Made by a program: the position numbers and the translations under genes. 64,000 bases of DNA from Eledone cirrhosa (lineage: Eukaryota), in assembly GCA_964016885.1 (NCBI GenBank), contig OZ024740.1, forward strand, positions 315,022,001 to 315,086,000. Reading direction: 5' to 3'. Every line of letters starts with the position of its first letter. Position 1 is the first letter of the stretch. Positions 42,026-55,858 of the stretch are shown piece by piece. Under the pieces are notes generated by a model that searched no databases, had not been told where the DNA came from, and saw only the letters and a program-made list of their open reading frames with translations.

Positions 42026-43509
42026 CGACAGGATGATCATAGCTGAAGAAGGGATTTGCTCGCATTGAGGAATTTTTATATTTTGAATTACATGATGAGA
42101 AAAAGTTTGAAAGTGTTTGCCAATACATCACATAGGCAGCATATTACAGTGCAAATCCTTGGTAAATGAGCTCAGGTATATGTATCAGGATAATGTCTTT
42201 AGGAAGTTTAACGCAAGCATTGCTTCATAAACTGGGTTGTTTGTCTTGTATGTCCGAAAATGCCCATTCCTGTTATATCAGAATCTGATTTTTAGCTGCA
42301 ATTTCAGTTGCAAACGAAATACGCTTTCATCCTTTGACAGAAAGCAATCCTTCTTATGATGAACAATGACTCAATCATGACTGCATTTACTGGCTTGTAT
42401 TACCCTCGAAAATCAGATATTAGTCAATTTAGAACAGTGTTTCACATCCCTTTCTTCTTTGTGGCTCATTTTTGGTATAAAAAATTTTAGTTCCACATAA
42501 GCACAAATAGAAATTCCATGTGCTTTTAAAAGTAAAGTAGAGCAGTTTGTGTTTTCATAATTTTACGCTAATCAAACAAATAAAAAAAATAAAATAAAAT
42601 AAAATAAATAAATAAATAAAAAAAATAAAAATAAAAATAGAATTTCAATTTTTCTTGTCCATTAAAAAGATTTCTCAGGCACACTTGAGAATCAATGACT
42701 TAGAACGAATCAAGAATTGTACATCAAGGAAGTTACTGTAAATCTAAGGCGCCTGGAATTTAGATTTAAATGAAGGATGTATTTACTTTGGAATAAAATA
42801 TACCCATTTTAACATTTTAAATTACAACTGCAGTGCCTATTTAATGTAAATACATTGCTGGTTCTGCTATAGAATAGTCTTACAAATAATTATACGGAAG
42901 AAATACATTGGACTTTAACGAGGAAAGAAATCATGACTTTTACTAGATGAGAGCGACGTCATCTTCTCCTGTCTTCAAACTCTAGTCGTGTAGAATAGCT
43001 TTACTGACATCTACACAGCCAATGTACAGTATCAGAATTGTAGTACGAGGTTTCTTTTATTGCAGAAACAAAGAAAATGAGGTGGCACCCATAGTCTGTA
43101 AATGTATTTTAACATTAACGAAATCTAGTTGGTAAATTAACGTGGAACTTTATAAGCTGACACCCGCAGGAAAAGTTAAGGCTGAGAAGGTCTGGATATT
43201 TACAGTTCCGAAGAGGAAATGTTAAAACAATTGATGAGTGTCAGTGTAAAATGAAATGCTAAATAGCAAGCTTGTTATCAGCATCAAGGACTGTTATATC
43301 AGTATCAGTTATAGTTGTTGTTAGATCAGTTCTGATTAAGGTTTATGCAGTGATCAACTGAACAACTAGGTATGACACACAAAGCTGCTGTAGTCATACG
43401 ATGCCATCATATAGCTAAGAACTATACTGCAGACTCTGATGTGTAGTGTTGAATCATAGAATGATAGATTGTAAATGTAGATTCTAAGCTGTTAAGTCTA
43501 TATGTACCC

Positions 43510-43828
43510 TCGTAGTCCCGTAACGCTTGGGGCTATCCTAGGGGCGTCGCATTGACATACGGCATTTCTAGGACATTAAAAAAAAACCTGGGGGAGCCCA
43601 TCTCCTCTCTTGGTTTTAATACAACAGATTTCGTCCAGAGAAGAATAGAGAATGGGAGAATGGACGTGAGAAAGAGATATAGAGGAAGCGAAATAATTGA
43701 TCCCAGTAATAAAATGGTACTTTTTTATCGATATTGAATGGATTTGAACTGAGAGAGCAGAGTGCCGGAACGAATACCGCAAAGCATTCTCTCCAACGTC
43801 CTGATGACTCTGCCAATTTGCCGCCTTA
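43510..43828 (-). mobile_element. SINE-A copy with an internal deletion
   Basis: gtcccgtaacgcttgg...gatttgaactgagag...ctgccaatttgccgcc. Confidence 0.8.
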
Positions 43829-44584
43829 AATCTATATATATCTATACCAGGGCGTAAATGAACATAACCCTAGCGGAACCAAATACGATGAGATATGTTT
43901 GTTTGACACATTGTTCCTGCCATATTTACTTATACACACACCAATAAGATATATATAGTAGAAGAGACATGCTCACATTGTTGTGCAGTTGGATCGAACC
44001 TAGAACCACGGGATTCCGAAGCGAAATGTTTAACGATATATATTTACACAAATACATAAATACATATATTCCACAATGAACATTGTGAGTCAAACACGAC
44101 AGTGAGTAATGAGCAGTTATATCGAAAGAATAGAGTGTGAAATGATTAATTACTAAGCCAGTGTTGTCCTAAGTATATAAAAGAGTCAGTAAGAGAAAAA
44201 TGATCTCTAAAGAAACCTTATATGGCTTGATCACTGAAGGGCGTTTGACTCATGTTTGCTGGAATCACTGCCTTTAGTAAAACTTGTAGCGCTAGTTGTT
44301 GTTCTTGAAAGTTTCACAAATACTTGATCGACTTTACCTCTATAACTAAAAATACAACGTTTTTTTCTGGTGTAAATAAATTTTCGAAAAGAATATCCCA
44401 AGGTGACGGTGACAGATTGTATTTGTATGTACTTATGTTCATTTTAGCTCCAAATCCAGTCATAGGGCTCTCCAACAATAAGCAACAGTCATACTTTCAT
44501 AAAGATAATTTCGAGATTTACACAGAAAATATCTACAATGCTAAGAAACTGCCGGATTTAGTAGCTTCTTCATCTAATGTAAGA

Positions 44585-44745
44585 ACAGTTTCTAATTTTG
44601 GCATAAGGCTAGCAGTTTTTGGTGGCGGAAAAAGTCGTTTACATTGATCTCAGTACTTGACCTATTCTTTATTTTATTGACCCGGAAATGTGGAAAACAA
44701 AGTTAACCTCGGCGAGATTTGAACTCAGAACGTAAGAGGCCGTAA
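44585..44745 (-). mobile_element. Nin/Deu SINE
   Basis: gtttctaattttggcataaggctagcag...aagttaacctcggcgagatttgaactcagaacg. Confidence 0.75.
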
Positions 44746-45077
44746 AGGGTCATATTGATGAAAACGTATTAGAAAAATGATCTGAGCAAAAATAGATGAT
44801 CAAAGAGGATTATATCTGACTTAAGAAATATGACAGTCGGAGCTGTCCTTCTGTTATACAATATATTCGCAGTATGAATACGGATATCAGCATTTATAAC
44901 ACTTGACTGTACTTTGGAGAAAATCTCTTCCATTGACATTAAAATCGACAACATTTTAATATCAACGAAACAATTCTACAGAAATTGTGACGTCGATAAA
45001 GTCTATTTCTGAATAAAAGATAGGGGAAGATATTTAAAATCTGCCCTGACTTCATTTGAGTGACACATGGTTATCAC

Positions 45078-45126
<49 letters not shown>

Positions 45127-45419
45127 ATGGTATTACACACCCACACACACACAAATCACACGCGGGTGATAATGGTAATCCTTCATGGCTGAGGAAGATA
45201 TCCACCTGTTTGATATGTGTGTATGCAATACGTTTAATATGGAGTCAGCTATGTCAAATTTCAGTCATCAAATACAACAACATATAATCAGATCCAGATT
45301 ACAGAGACCAGATCGAATAGGGGTGGTGGGTGGTTTAAGAGGATTAAAGAATGTAGTGTTGCTTCTCCAGACGACTCACAGTAGGAAACTGAAGTCACTA
45401 TTTTCTTTTCTTTCCTTTT

Positions 45420-45940
45420 ACCCGTAGCTCCTGATGTAGCCGATGGGGTGCCGTCGGACATTTAAAACCTGGCGGAGCCCATCCCAGACCTGTAAACCGC
45501 CAACCTCTAAAAATCCAAACGGGGAAGTACCATGGAAAAAAGTGCCCCAAAACGGGGAGAAATTAGGCAAAATGGGGAGATTTTATATAATTGTTTCTAC
45601 TTTAGGCACAAGGCCAGCAATTATCCAGTGCATTACTGGTACTTTATTTTATATAATGAAAGCTATACTTATTTTCACAAGAAAAGGCACCTCTCACCCA
45701 CCCCAAAGTGAGTAGGAGATCTCCCCGTTGGACGTGGAGAGTTGACATGTCTGACATCACTCTCCGAGTCTGATCTCAGTTGATTTCTTCCAGAGAAGGC
45801 GAGAGTAAGAGTGAGAAAGTGAGAGAAAGATATGGAAGAGGAATCGACTTCCGTGATGGACTGGTAATTCTTTTATCGCTTTCGAAAGGATGAAAGGTGG
45901 AAAGTTAGAACGAATACTGCAAATCAGTATCTAACGTTCT
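45420..45940 (-). mobile_element. SINE-A interrupted by a hAT-like MITE (45485-45753), itself interrupted by a SINE-B 3' fragment (~45588-45650)
   Basis: SINE-A halves rejoin across ccatcc/acatca; attttatataat is duplicated at 45580 and 45646. Confidence 0.8.
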
Positions 45941-46926
45941 AACATAGAATATTGCTGAGTAATCAGTATTTGGAATAAAATACTAGCATATCAAACAAAT
46001 CTAAACAAATACACAGGTAGAACATGTAAGACAAATAGTTGTTAAGATTTTTGTTAATATAAGTTTATTGTACAAGAAACAGCTTTTAGACCTATTTTCT
46101 ATTATATTTACATACATACTGAGAATGGCATAGAAAGACTAAAATGGATAAGATCTGCCAATTTGCTACCTAGAGCAAGTCGGCAAACTGCCTGTCAACT
46201 CTACTCGGGTCCCAAATAATAGGGGAGGAATAAGCGGGAGGAAGAGAGGGGGGTGGGTACATTTACTTAAATTCTTATAAGCGGGCGGGGTAGGGGACTG
46301 GGTGGAATAAACGGGGGTGGGTTTTCGGTAATTGTAGAGTGTACATTCGTAAATATTGGATTTCTTGTAATTTTCTTTTTAGTCATATATAATGTTTTTT
46401 TTTAATGTAAAATAAAATTATTATTAGATTCTCCAGCTGCTGTATAATAAAATTTCATCGGAGATAGATTAGTAAAATTTAATAAGCGCCGAGACGGGGG
46501 GTTATTCAAGAAAGTAAATGTTAATAGCCTGCAGTACTTAGTAAAGGCTAAGTGGCAAGGACCAGTCGAATGTTAACAGTCTTAGAGAGCAAAGAAATAA
46601 AACAGTGGTGCGGACAGAATTTCAACTACTGGTCTCTCGGTTGACAGAATTGTTTGAACGACGGATAGAATATCTTGTGCTATTTATTTCCCGGCTCCTG
46701 CACTGAACGTTCAAGTCCCGCTGGGGTCAGCTTTGCTTTTCGTCCATTCAGAGTGGAAAAAAGTGCTAGTACGTGGCACAGAATTGACGGAATTGTTAGT
46801 GAGTAGGGCGAGATGTTTCGTGGGATCTGTTCTGACAAGTTGTCAGACCTGTCAACTCTCCCCGGACTTTGGGATGGGTGAGAGATGTCTTCTATTATGA
46901 AAATGGATATAGCTTTCATTATGTAA

Positions 46927-47016
46927 AAACATTTAGAAAGCCATAGCTTCAGCTGGACACCACCAGGAGGCGATAGCCTCCGGTGTTTTTGCATAGCTAC
47001 GGCTTTCTAAATGTTT
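46927..47016. repeat. Compound hairpin
   Basis: aaacatttagaaagccatagct / agctacggctttctaaatgttt, enclosing acacc..ggaggc gata gcctcc ggtgt. Confidence 0.7.
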
Positions 47017-47141
47017 ATCTATAAACATACACTATTTCTTCAGAAATACGAAAGCGTTAACCTAATATATCCCTTCCATATACTGTACCGATTGTGTTGT
47101 TATTTCTGTTTACCTTTTACATATATATATATATATAGGGA

Positions 47142-47200
<59 letters not shown>

Positions 47201-47359
47201 GGAGAGAGAGAGAGATGTAAAACCACTTGGCTCGGCGGTTGGGACTTTACATATCTCTATCCACTCTGCAACTCCCCATGCATCGAGTACTCCTAGGATT
47301 AGTGGTCTCTTGGGTTTCAACACCACAAACTGACTCTTGCCCCCACTCCTCTCTCTCTC

Positions 47360-47411
<52 letters not shown>

Positions 47412-47487
47412 GGAAAAAGTATGACCCTGACGGCAGAGCTCAAGCCGCTTCGACGGCTATTTCTGGACTCGTTATGGTCCATCTGGT

Positions 47488-47549
47488 TCCTTACCACAAT
47501 TCCTTCGTTATATATATATATATATATAACGAAGGAATTGTGGTAAGGA
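47488..47549. repeat. Perfect palindrome centred on (TA)n
   Basis: tccttaccacaattccttcgt-(TA)n-acgaaggaattgtggtaagga. Confidence 0.9.
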
Positions 47550-47567
47550 TATATATATATATATATA

Positions 47568-47955
47568 CCGTGTACCCCGGAATTCGCGGTCCCGACATTC
47601 GCGGTCCTGCCATTCACGGTCCTGATTATTCATGGAATTTTTCTTAGAACCTAACTAATAATTGTTCATGGAAACCACCGCATATTCGCGGAATCGTAAA
47701 TATCTTCCGCGATTTTTTAATGAATTTTTTCGCGGCAATATATATATATATTTTAACGCTAAATTATTAATAACAATATACCGCACTTGCCGGTCTAACG
47801 GACGCCCCTTCGCATACGATGCTCCCTCTTTTTATTATATTTTACGTTATACCTCGACGTTTATAGGCATTTTTTTTGGACAACGTCCAATATTCGCGTT
47901 TTTTCACTCTTCGCATGTGCTCTAGGGACGTAACCTCCACGAATACCGGGGCACA

Positions 47956-47959
<4 letters not shown>
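47568..47959 (+). mobile_element. Tigger/pogo-like MITE (TA-flanked)
   Basis: Ends ccgtgtaccccggaattcg / cgaataccggggcacaattg; subterminal attcgcggtcc repeats. Confidence 0.7.
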
Positions 47960-47986
<27 letters not shown>

Positions 47987-48586
47987 GTTAAGTATTTCCG
48001 TAGAAAAGGTAAAGGAAAGAAGAGTGCTCTATGTACAGTACAGAAATATAGACACATTTCCTCACATACGCATATACATTCACCCATATATATATATATA
48101 TATATACTAGTATTCACATAAATATAGACAACCAAGAACATACATAGATATGATACGAAAATACTCACACATACATATATGCAGACACACACACACTCAC
48201 ACTCAAACACACACGTATTCATGCGCAAAAGCTTGGCTCTGGGTCATATTTTAATGAAACCAATTGAATAATTCTAAAGTATTCACTTGACTGGGTTTGT
48301 ATTAGGGCACTGTTGTTGAAGTGGTGGTGATGATGGTGGTGCTGGTGGTGTTGATGGTGGTGGTGATGGTGGTGGTTGTGGTTGTGGTGGTAGTGGTGTT
48401 AATGGTGGTGTTACTGGTGGTGGTGTGGAAGTGCTTGCAGAGCTACTTTTGGAGGTGACGATAGAGGTTGTGTTAGTGATCTCTATGGCGGGGGTAGTAG
48501 TAGTAATAATAAGGGTGGAGAATGAGGTGAGGGTAGGAATTGATGGAGCGTTGGCTGTAGAAAGGGAATGAGAGAGAGAGAGAAAG

Positions 48587-48625
<39 letters not shown>

Positions 48626-49075
48626 CCGAGAGAAAGAGCGAGAGAGAGAGTGAAATAAAGAAGGGTCAATCAGACAGAGGTTGTAAAGAGAGAATGAAGG
48701 CGTAAGAAAGAGAACTAGAAAGAAGGCATGATGGGGGGGGGGGGGGAGAAAGGGACGCAGAATTAGAGAATATAGGATATAGTAGAGAAAGAGTGAGCGG
48801 GTGGGAGAGAAGAAAAGAATGAAAGAAGTAAAGGGACGAATGGGAATCAGAAGTACACACACTCGCACACAGGCATACACACACATACACACACACACGC
48901 ACACACATATATATACACACGCACATATATATATATAAATATATATATGTATATATATATTAATTTAAAAAAAACCGAAGATTCAAGGCATTGTCAAAGT
49001 GACATATGTTTCTGCCGGCCCAAACTCACCCTTGGGTAAAAAAATTACAATTCCAAAATTGCAAAGTTTATAACT

Positions 49076-49118
49076 TAAACTTCAGCTGTTCGTTCAAGGT
49101 CGGACTCATCAGAGTTTA
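49076..49118 (-). ncRNA. Degenerate minimal hammerhead ribozyme
   Basis: TAAACT-CTGATGA-GTCCGA cc TTGAAC-GAAC AGCT GA-AGTTTA: 6-bp stem I and palindromic loop, but single-base losses in GAAA and in the triplet. Confidence 0.5.
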
Positions 49119-49121
49119 TAA

Positions 49122-49387
49122 ATAATTGTTTCTACTTTAGGCACAAGGCCAGCAATTACCCAGTTCATTACTGGTACTTTATTTTGTCGACCCCGTAAGG
49201 ATGAAAGGCAAAGTCAACCTTGGCGGGATTTGAACTCAGATCGTAAAGGGACGTAACTATGCTGGAAAGCATGGCGTCCGGCCGTCTACCGATACTGCCA
49301 ATCCATCAGAGTTTATAAATAATTGTTTCTACTTTAGGCACAAGGCCAGCAATTACCCAGTGCATTACTGGTACTTTATTTTATCGA
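49122..49387 (-). mobile_element. SINE-B inserted at the tail of a truncated SINE-B
   Basis: catcagagtttataaataattg occurs at 49107 and 49304. Confidence 0.85.
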
Positions 49388-49620
49388 TAAATACGTTTCA
49401 AAAACAATTTCAAAGTAATATCTTCAAAAGGCCAATTAAAAATAGTTTGGGAGGATTCTCTAAAATTTTCGAAAATCTTTTGAAATTTTGAAGTTTTTTA
49501 AGTATTCTTGTATGTGTGAGTATGAAGGATATCGAAGATAAAAGGCAAAGCAAAACAATACTCAGTCAAGTACAAGGTAGCTTATTTAATTTACATTAAA
49601 GTTCAAACATTTAATATGTA

Positions 49621-49705
49621 TGCGCTACAGGTTTCAGTGCCCAGTTGTAGCTACCATTGTATAGTGGAGTAGCGGTTCTAAAACTGGCCTCCTTCGTCAG
49701 TTGCA
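49621..49705 (-). ncRNA. Hammerhead ribozyme motif with extended stem II
   Basis: tgcaa-CTGACGA-aggaggccagtt...aactgggcact-GAAAC CT GTA-gcgca; stem I is imperfect; partial copies on + at 50395-50450 and 52364-52455. Confidence 0.55.
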
Positions 49706-49726
49706 AGAACAAATTTAAAGCAAAAC

Positions 49727-49757
<31 letters not shown>

Positions 49758-50588
49758 ACAGGGAGAAAAAGACGTTTATTAGGAAGAAAAATATTTTTTT
49801 TATTTCTTTCTCTCTTTTTTCTGGGTTAGAAAATGATTAAAACGAAATATTTTACTTTGTGTGAAGTGTTAAGGTATTAGTTGATTTATTTATTAATTAA
49901 CAATGGCATTTATTTATATATTTATATATTTAATAATTGTCTATAACCAGTTTCAGCATTTTTATGCATTATCAAATGATAGTGACATGTATTGGTGTAG
50001 AATGGTGGTGTTGGACATGTTAAAGAAATGGTGCAGAAAGAATAATGTTATTTACAAACAAGGTTTATGAAGTGAAAAGAAAAAAGAAAAAAGGGGCGTA
50101 ATGTGGAGCATAATAAGTCAATGTGAAAGAAAAAATAATGTTATTTACAGGCATAGTTCTTGAAGATAAGCAGATCAAAATGTGTTAATATAGCAAGAGT
50201 GCTTAGTTGATCCATGATGGAGGCAAATGGTGGACTGGGGTTTGATATGATCTCCCTTTTGAGAGAGTTAATATGCAGGGGGAGGTAATTCATGCTGGAT
50301 AATATTTAATTTATTTAAGAAAAAGGATTAGGTAGGTAACTCTTTAGAGAGACATAGGTATTTGTAAATGTTTGATTGTTCGATCGAGTTTGAGTTTTTG
50401 CTTTAAATTTGTTCTTGCATCTGACGAAGGAGGCCAGTTTTAGAACCGCTTTTAAATTAAACAAATTTAAGGCAAAACTATATATATATATATATATTTA
50501 TTAAAATGCACTACGGTTCTTATATATTTGATATATATTTATCCTTATCGAGCCCTCTTTGGATTTTAGTCTTCAAATTTATTATTAT

Positions 50589-50644
<56 letters not shown>

Positions 50645-50874
50645 TACCAAAAGCTTAGCATTATTTGTTTAAGCAGACAGTACTTGATTTAGCAGTAGTA
50701 GAAACCCTATACCGGATTTTACCACCATTTCTGAAGGGGTCCGGGTAAACTTTTCAATCATATATTATTATTTGTTTGACCCGAATAGCTTGCTCACTTT
50801 TTGGGTTTGCGGTTAATGGTTTAACCATCATCTCAGTGTGTATGGCCTTTTTAATGTATATTATCGCTAATTTA

Positions 50875-50928
<54 letters not shown>

Positions 50929-50932
<4 letters not shown>

Positions 50933-51456
50933 TAAACGGAAAAGAAAATGCTGACAAATTGTTCCCAGTGAAAAATAGTTTAATTAGGAATAAGTAAAAA
51001 TGAGTAATAGTATTGGTTAGTATTCAGTTTTGGTTTTAAGTTTTACCGGTTACGCATTTCTAATGCTTTTCAAAAATAATTTTGAGATAGAGCACCCGTG
51101 ATGTTTGCTCTAATCTGATGAGTTTTGGAAATTCTACCTGTTTTATGTGAAAAAAGTTGCTCCAGATGTATTAAAATAAGTTTCGCGCCAATTCGTGTTG
51201 CAAAAATTCTTGTGGTCAAAACAATTTTGATTGGTCGGTAGGGGTCATGTGAATGTTAAAAATTGATTTTGCGCCAAATGTAGGTTTGTGTCGGCTGATT
51301 GTGAAGTCACTGAAAAATAAGTCTTTCAAAACAAATGTGTGTGTGTGTAGTAGTAGTAGTAGTAAAGAGGTTCGTTGTTTGTTGTGATAGTGGTCAGCAG
51401 GGATGTGTGTGCGAACCGCAGCCTGTTGACAGTTCAAATGCCTATTAAGACAAGTG

Positions 51457-51535
<79 letters not shown>

Positions 51536-52324
51536 CAGAGTAATTCGTGGTAGAGGGATGGTCAGTAGGAATGTGTCTGTACGTGGGTGGGGGATATTTT
51601 AACATGTTAAAAGATATTTTTCAGCTCTTGTCTTATATGGAGAAGTGTGTGTGTGTGTGTGTGTGTATATATGTCTCGTTGTATGTTAATGTACGCGTGT
51701 GTATGTGTGCGTGTATATATGCGCGTGCGCGCGCATATATGTGTGTGTTTATGTGTGTGTGGGTGGACCAGTATTTTTGTGATACTGGTAAAAATGGTCT
51801 ACATTATTCGATATTTTCAGTAAAAACGATTCTCCCAATAGAACATCAAAAACCTTAATAATAAAAGGTGTGAAATGATATATAGTATTGGCATAAGACC
51901 AAGGTGTGTGTGAGTGTCCAGATTATACGTACTGCAAGGGGAATCCATTAGGCCCTGCCGTATTGGAATACTTGTGTACAAATATGTATGTGCCCATCAG
52001 TGTGCAATGCATGTGTGCGTTTATGTATGTGTGTGTGTCGGCACGTTTATATCTATAGACATCAAAAGGTATGCAAATTTGTGTATATTTGTGTTGCACC
52101 ATAGAACATGTGTGTTTACGTATGTCATTGTGTTTATATGTGGATAGAGATGTATGCTGATGTAGGTATGTATGTTGACGTGTGTATGTTGTGGGTTCGT
52201 CTTAGGGAGAAGTGTTTAGACGGGGTCCGTATTTGTTAATAAAGTGAGATTCCTTGCTGATGCGCTGGGTGTAGGTGGCATTATCTTTAAATTTGTAGAG
52301 GGGAAAGATTCTGAAAGATTGTGA

Positions 52325-52328
<4 letters not shown>
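50929..52328 (-). mobile_element. Probable 3' end of a Penelope-like retroelement (GIY-YIG C-terminus, CA-rich UTR, terminal repeat)
   Basis: 52202-52328 encodes FRIFPLYKFKDNATYTQRISKESHFINKYGPRLN*, resembling the R..KE..FI....P.LN end of PLE GIY-YIG domains. The terminal 50929-51277 is repeated at 61709-62050. Both ends abut (TA)n. Continuity of the interior is inferred. Confidence 0.6.
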
Positions 52329-52368
<40 letters not shown>

Positions 52369-52548
52369 TTGCTTTAAATTTGTTCTTGCATCTGACGAAG
52401 GAGGCCAGTTTTAGAACCCCTACTCCACTATACAACGGTAGCTACAACTGGGCAGTAATGATGAACTAACTGTTGTCGAACTACTACCAAAACTCGTCCC
52501 ATGGACTAAGTGCACTACTACTACGAATATATTGCACCAGTGCTCTAC

Positions 52549-52579
<31 letters not shown>

Positions 52580-53323
52580 CTAGTAGAATGGCCCGGCGTT
52601 GCTTGGGCTTCTAATCATAGATTGGCATGTTTATCCCTCCTTTCTGAAACAGTACAGAGAAATACAGAATACCTCGGCCTGGGGATGGTGTCTACATTTT
52701 GTGCTTATAAAAAAAATTCGTCGTAGATTACCAGAGGTTTAACTTAATTGGGTTCCCGAGAGTAAAATGTTCAACCCACAAAAGTCAAGGCGATAGGGTT
52801 AAGTAAAAAGGTATTCGACAAACCGAACATGTATTTGTTGTGTATGGTACAATGAAAGCAATAGTTACAGGGCAGTAAGCACGTGGGACTGCAATGGGGG
52901 AGAGCATGAAGGATTTAGTTGGATACTTTTAAGGTTACAAATATCTACCCAATCTGATATAGACCGAACTGTTATATCGGATGCCGAACGCTTCGGAATT
53001 ACTATTGTGGTCACCATCAACAATTTCAAGTGATGTACGTTTACGTAGGGATAATATAGTCTATAAAGAGAGGCAACTCTTTCAAAATACTAAAGTTTCA
53101 AAATACAAAATTGCCGAACAATCTGACAAAATGGGCTTAAAGTTTTAGTGAAAAAAAACGCCTTTAACAGCAGAAAATTGAAAAATAAAAGCGGCAGTTA
53201 ATATCTTTAGACCGCAAGGAATATTTAAATGAAAGTTTGAAGTCAATCGGAGTAGAAATGTGGATTTGTATAGACTTTGCCAAAATTAGGACACACACAC
53301 ACAGACAACTTCAGTTTTATATA

Positions 53324-53325
<2 letters not shown>
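52580..53325 (-). mobile_element. Non-autonomous Helitron
   Basis: 5' TCTATATAAAACTGAAGTTGTCTGTGTG; 3' cccaagcaacgccgggccattctaCTAG. Confidence 0.8.
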
Positions 53326-53372
<47 letters not shown>

Positions 53373-53482
53373 GGTATATATCGAAGTTGTAGTCGCAATA
53401 TAGCAGAATTGTTTGAGACAGCCACAAAGCACAAACACATAGTTATTCGCTTCAATACAACACACGGGTGCCTATAATAGTT

Positions 53483-53593
53483 CCCGGACTCGAGTTTCGG
53501 CCACACTTAATGCAGCAGTAGGGTGCACTGCCCCCACTGTCTGCATATATTATACAACAATGCATAATCGGCGTATGTGGCTTCATCAGCGGG
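53483..53593 (-). ncRNA. Type I hammerhead ribozyme with branched stem II
   Basis: CCCG-CTGATGA-A-GCCACA...TGTGGC-C-GAAAC TCGA GTC-CGGG: GUC triplet and palindromic TCGA loop; lies in a ~250-bp element bounded by (TA)n. Confidence 0.8.
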
Positions 53594-53652
53594 TATCGCC
53601 TAATCAATAACCAATCGATCGACAGAATCTATATATATATATTTTTTTTTTT

Positions 53653-53772
53653 AAAGGAAAAGAATGACCTCACTTGTAGTGTTAAATAATTTGATTTAAT
53701 TTTATAATATTATAATAGTATAAAATTAAATCAAATTATTTAACACTACAAGTGAAGTCATTCTTTTCCTTT
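53653..53772. repeat. Inverted repeat with 54-bp arms and a TA-rich spacer
   Basis: aaaggaaaagaatgacctcacttgtagtg...tttata versus its reverse complement; one mismatch. Confidence 0.9.
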
Positions 53773-53827
53773 TTTTCAAATATACCTAACTGTACCAAGG
53801 ATCTCACACATTTTCCAATATATATAT

Positions 53828-54426
53828 ATAGTGAAAAATTGAAGAGTAACATGGTTGGCTGTACAACAAGGGGCTTTAATAACAATTGTTTCATTGATCA
53901 GGTGAGTCTAGAGGCCGCTAATCGCTCGAAGTTGCGTCACTCGATCTCCAATACATAATTTACCTCTGATCAAATCCTCAGAATACAAATAATGCATACA
54001 TGGCATGATTAATATATACATCTGAAACTTCTTTACCTATTTATCATATATTTTATTATTGCTGTTATTGTTTTGATTCTACGCTATTTCTCTATATATA
54101 TCATGCCATGTAAGAATTATTTGTATTCTGAGGATTTGATTAGAGGTAAATAATGTATTGGAGATCGAGTGACGCAGCTTCGAGCGATTAGCGGCCTCTA
54201 GACTCACCTCAGGCATTAACAATTGTTAATACCTGAAATAAAGCCCCTTGTTGTACAGACAACCATGCTACTCTTCAATCGTTCACTATTATTACTCCAA
54301 GTATAACCTGCATAGGAATTCTCGCGAACTCGCTGCCTAACTATGGAAACATCTTGTTGAGTCAAGTAAAGCCGTATGTTAAAACTATCCACGACACTGG
54401 ATTACCTATAACGATAATTTGTTATC

Positions 54427-54428
<2 letters not shown>
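53828..54428 (+). mobile_element. Fold-back HHR element (~185-bp arms 53828-54009 / 54100-54289, plus 3' extension)
   Basis: Consensus of the two arms: GTATT-CTGAGGA-T-TTGATCAG...CTGATCAA-T-GAAAC AATT GTT-AATAC; bounded by (TA)n. Confidence 0.75.
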
Positions 54429-54473
<45 letters not shown>

Positions 54474-54478
<5 letters not shown>

Positions 54479-55737
54479 GGAAAAAATGAAACGATATTTC
54501 ATTTCCCACTCTTAGTACGGCTGTTACTTAAATATAAGTATGTATACGTACATACATATATGTATACATACATACATGCACACATATGTATATGTACGTA
54601 TGGATTCACCGAACATTTATTATAATGCTCGGTGTGTTTGTAAACAAACATCCCGTATTTAGCCGTAGTGTCTAGCAACCATCGTTGCTCGTTTGTTCAA
54701 TACTGACAAAGGAACGCTGTACTAGTTTCAAGCTTATTAGCTATCGTCAGCAATGTATACCTTCCTGCCAGATGATTGAACGTATGAAAGTATATACTTT
54801 CCTTATGCATATTAACAGCTGAGAAGCCCAATTTGCATATCGAGTGAGTTAATCGGCGATATGCACCGAAAACGATAAACGGAAAAAATGAAACGAAATT
54901 TCATTTCCCACTCTTAGTACGGCTGTTACTTAAATATAAGTATGTACACGTACATACATATATGTATACAGACGTACAGTAGTATGTATATATATATATA
55001 TACATGCACACATATATATATGTACGTATGGATTCACCGAATATTTATTATAATGCTCGGTGTGTTTGTAAACAAACATCCCGTATTAAGACGTAGTGTC
55101 TAGCAACTATCATTGCTCGTTTGTTCAACACTGACAAAGATGCTGACGATAGCTAATAAGCTTGAAACTAGTACAGCGTTCCTTTGTCAGTGTTAAACAA
55201 ACGAGCAACGATGGTTGCTAGACACTACGGCTTAATACGGGATGTTTGGTTACAAACACACCGAGCATTATTATATATATATATATACATACTACTGTAC
55301 GTCTGTATACATATATGTATGTACGTATACATACTTATATTTAAGTAACAGCCGTACTAAAAGTGGGAAATGAAATTTCGTTTCATTTTTTCCGTTTATC
55401 GTTTTCGGTGCATCCGGCCGATTAACCCACTCGATATGCAAATTGGGCTATTCAGCCGTTAATATGCATAAGGAAAGTGTATACTTTCATACGTTCAATC
55501 ATCTGACAGGAAGGTATACGTTGCTGACGATTGCTAATAAGCTTGAAACTAGTACAGCGTTCCTTTGTCGGTGTTGAACAAACGAGCAACGATGGTTGCT
55601 AGACACTACCGGCTTAATAGGGGATGTTTGTTTACAAACACACCGAGCATTATAATAAATATATGTGTGCATGTATGTATATATATATACATACTACTGT
55701 ACGTCTGTATACATATATGTATGTACGTATACATACT

Positions 55738-55742
<5 letters not shown>
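54474..55742. mobile_element. Tandem ~400-bp HHR unit (retrozyme-like) arranged as a ~1.27-kb fold-back
   Basis: Unit starts taaacggaaaaaatg at 54474 and 54876; orientation flips at ~55140; HHRs at 54715-54755 (-), 55141-55178 (+) and 55519-55559 (+). Confidence 0.8.
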
Positions 55743-55811
<69 letters not shown>

Positions 55812-55812
55812 C

Positions 55813-55858
<46 letters not shown>

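Noticed and set aside
44448-44578. Possible 131-bp coding exon (ttttag|...PNPVIGLSNN...SSSN|gtaaga)
   Set aside because: The peptide is unrecognised, no partner exons were found, and the apparent donor overlaps a SINE tail. Spliced reads would be needed.
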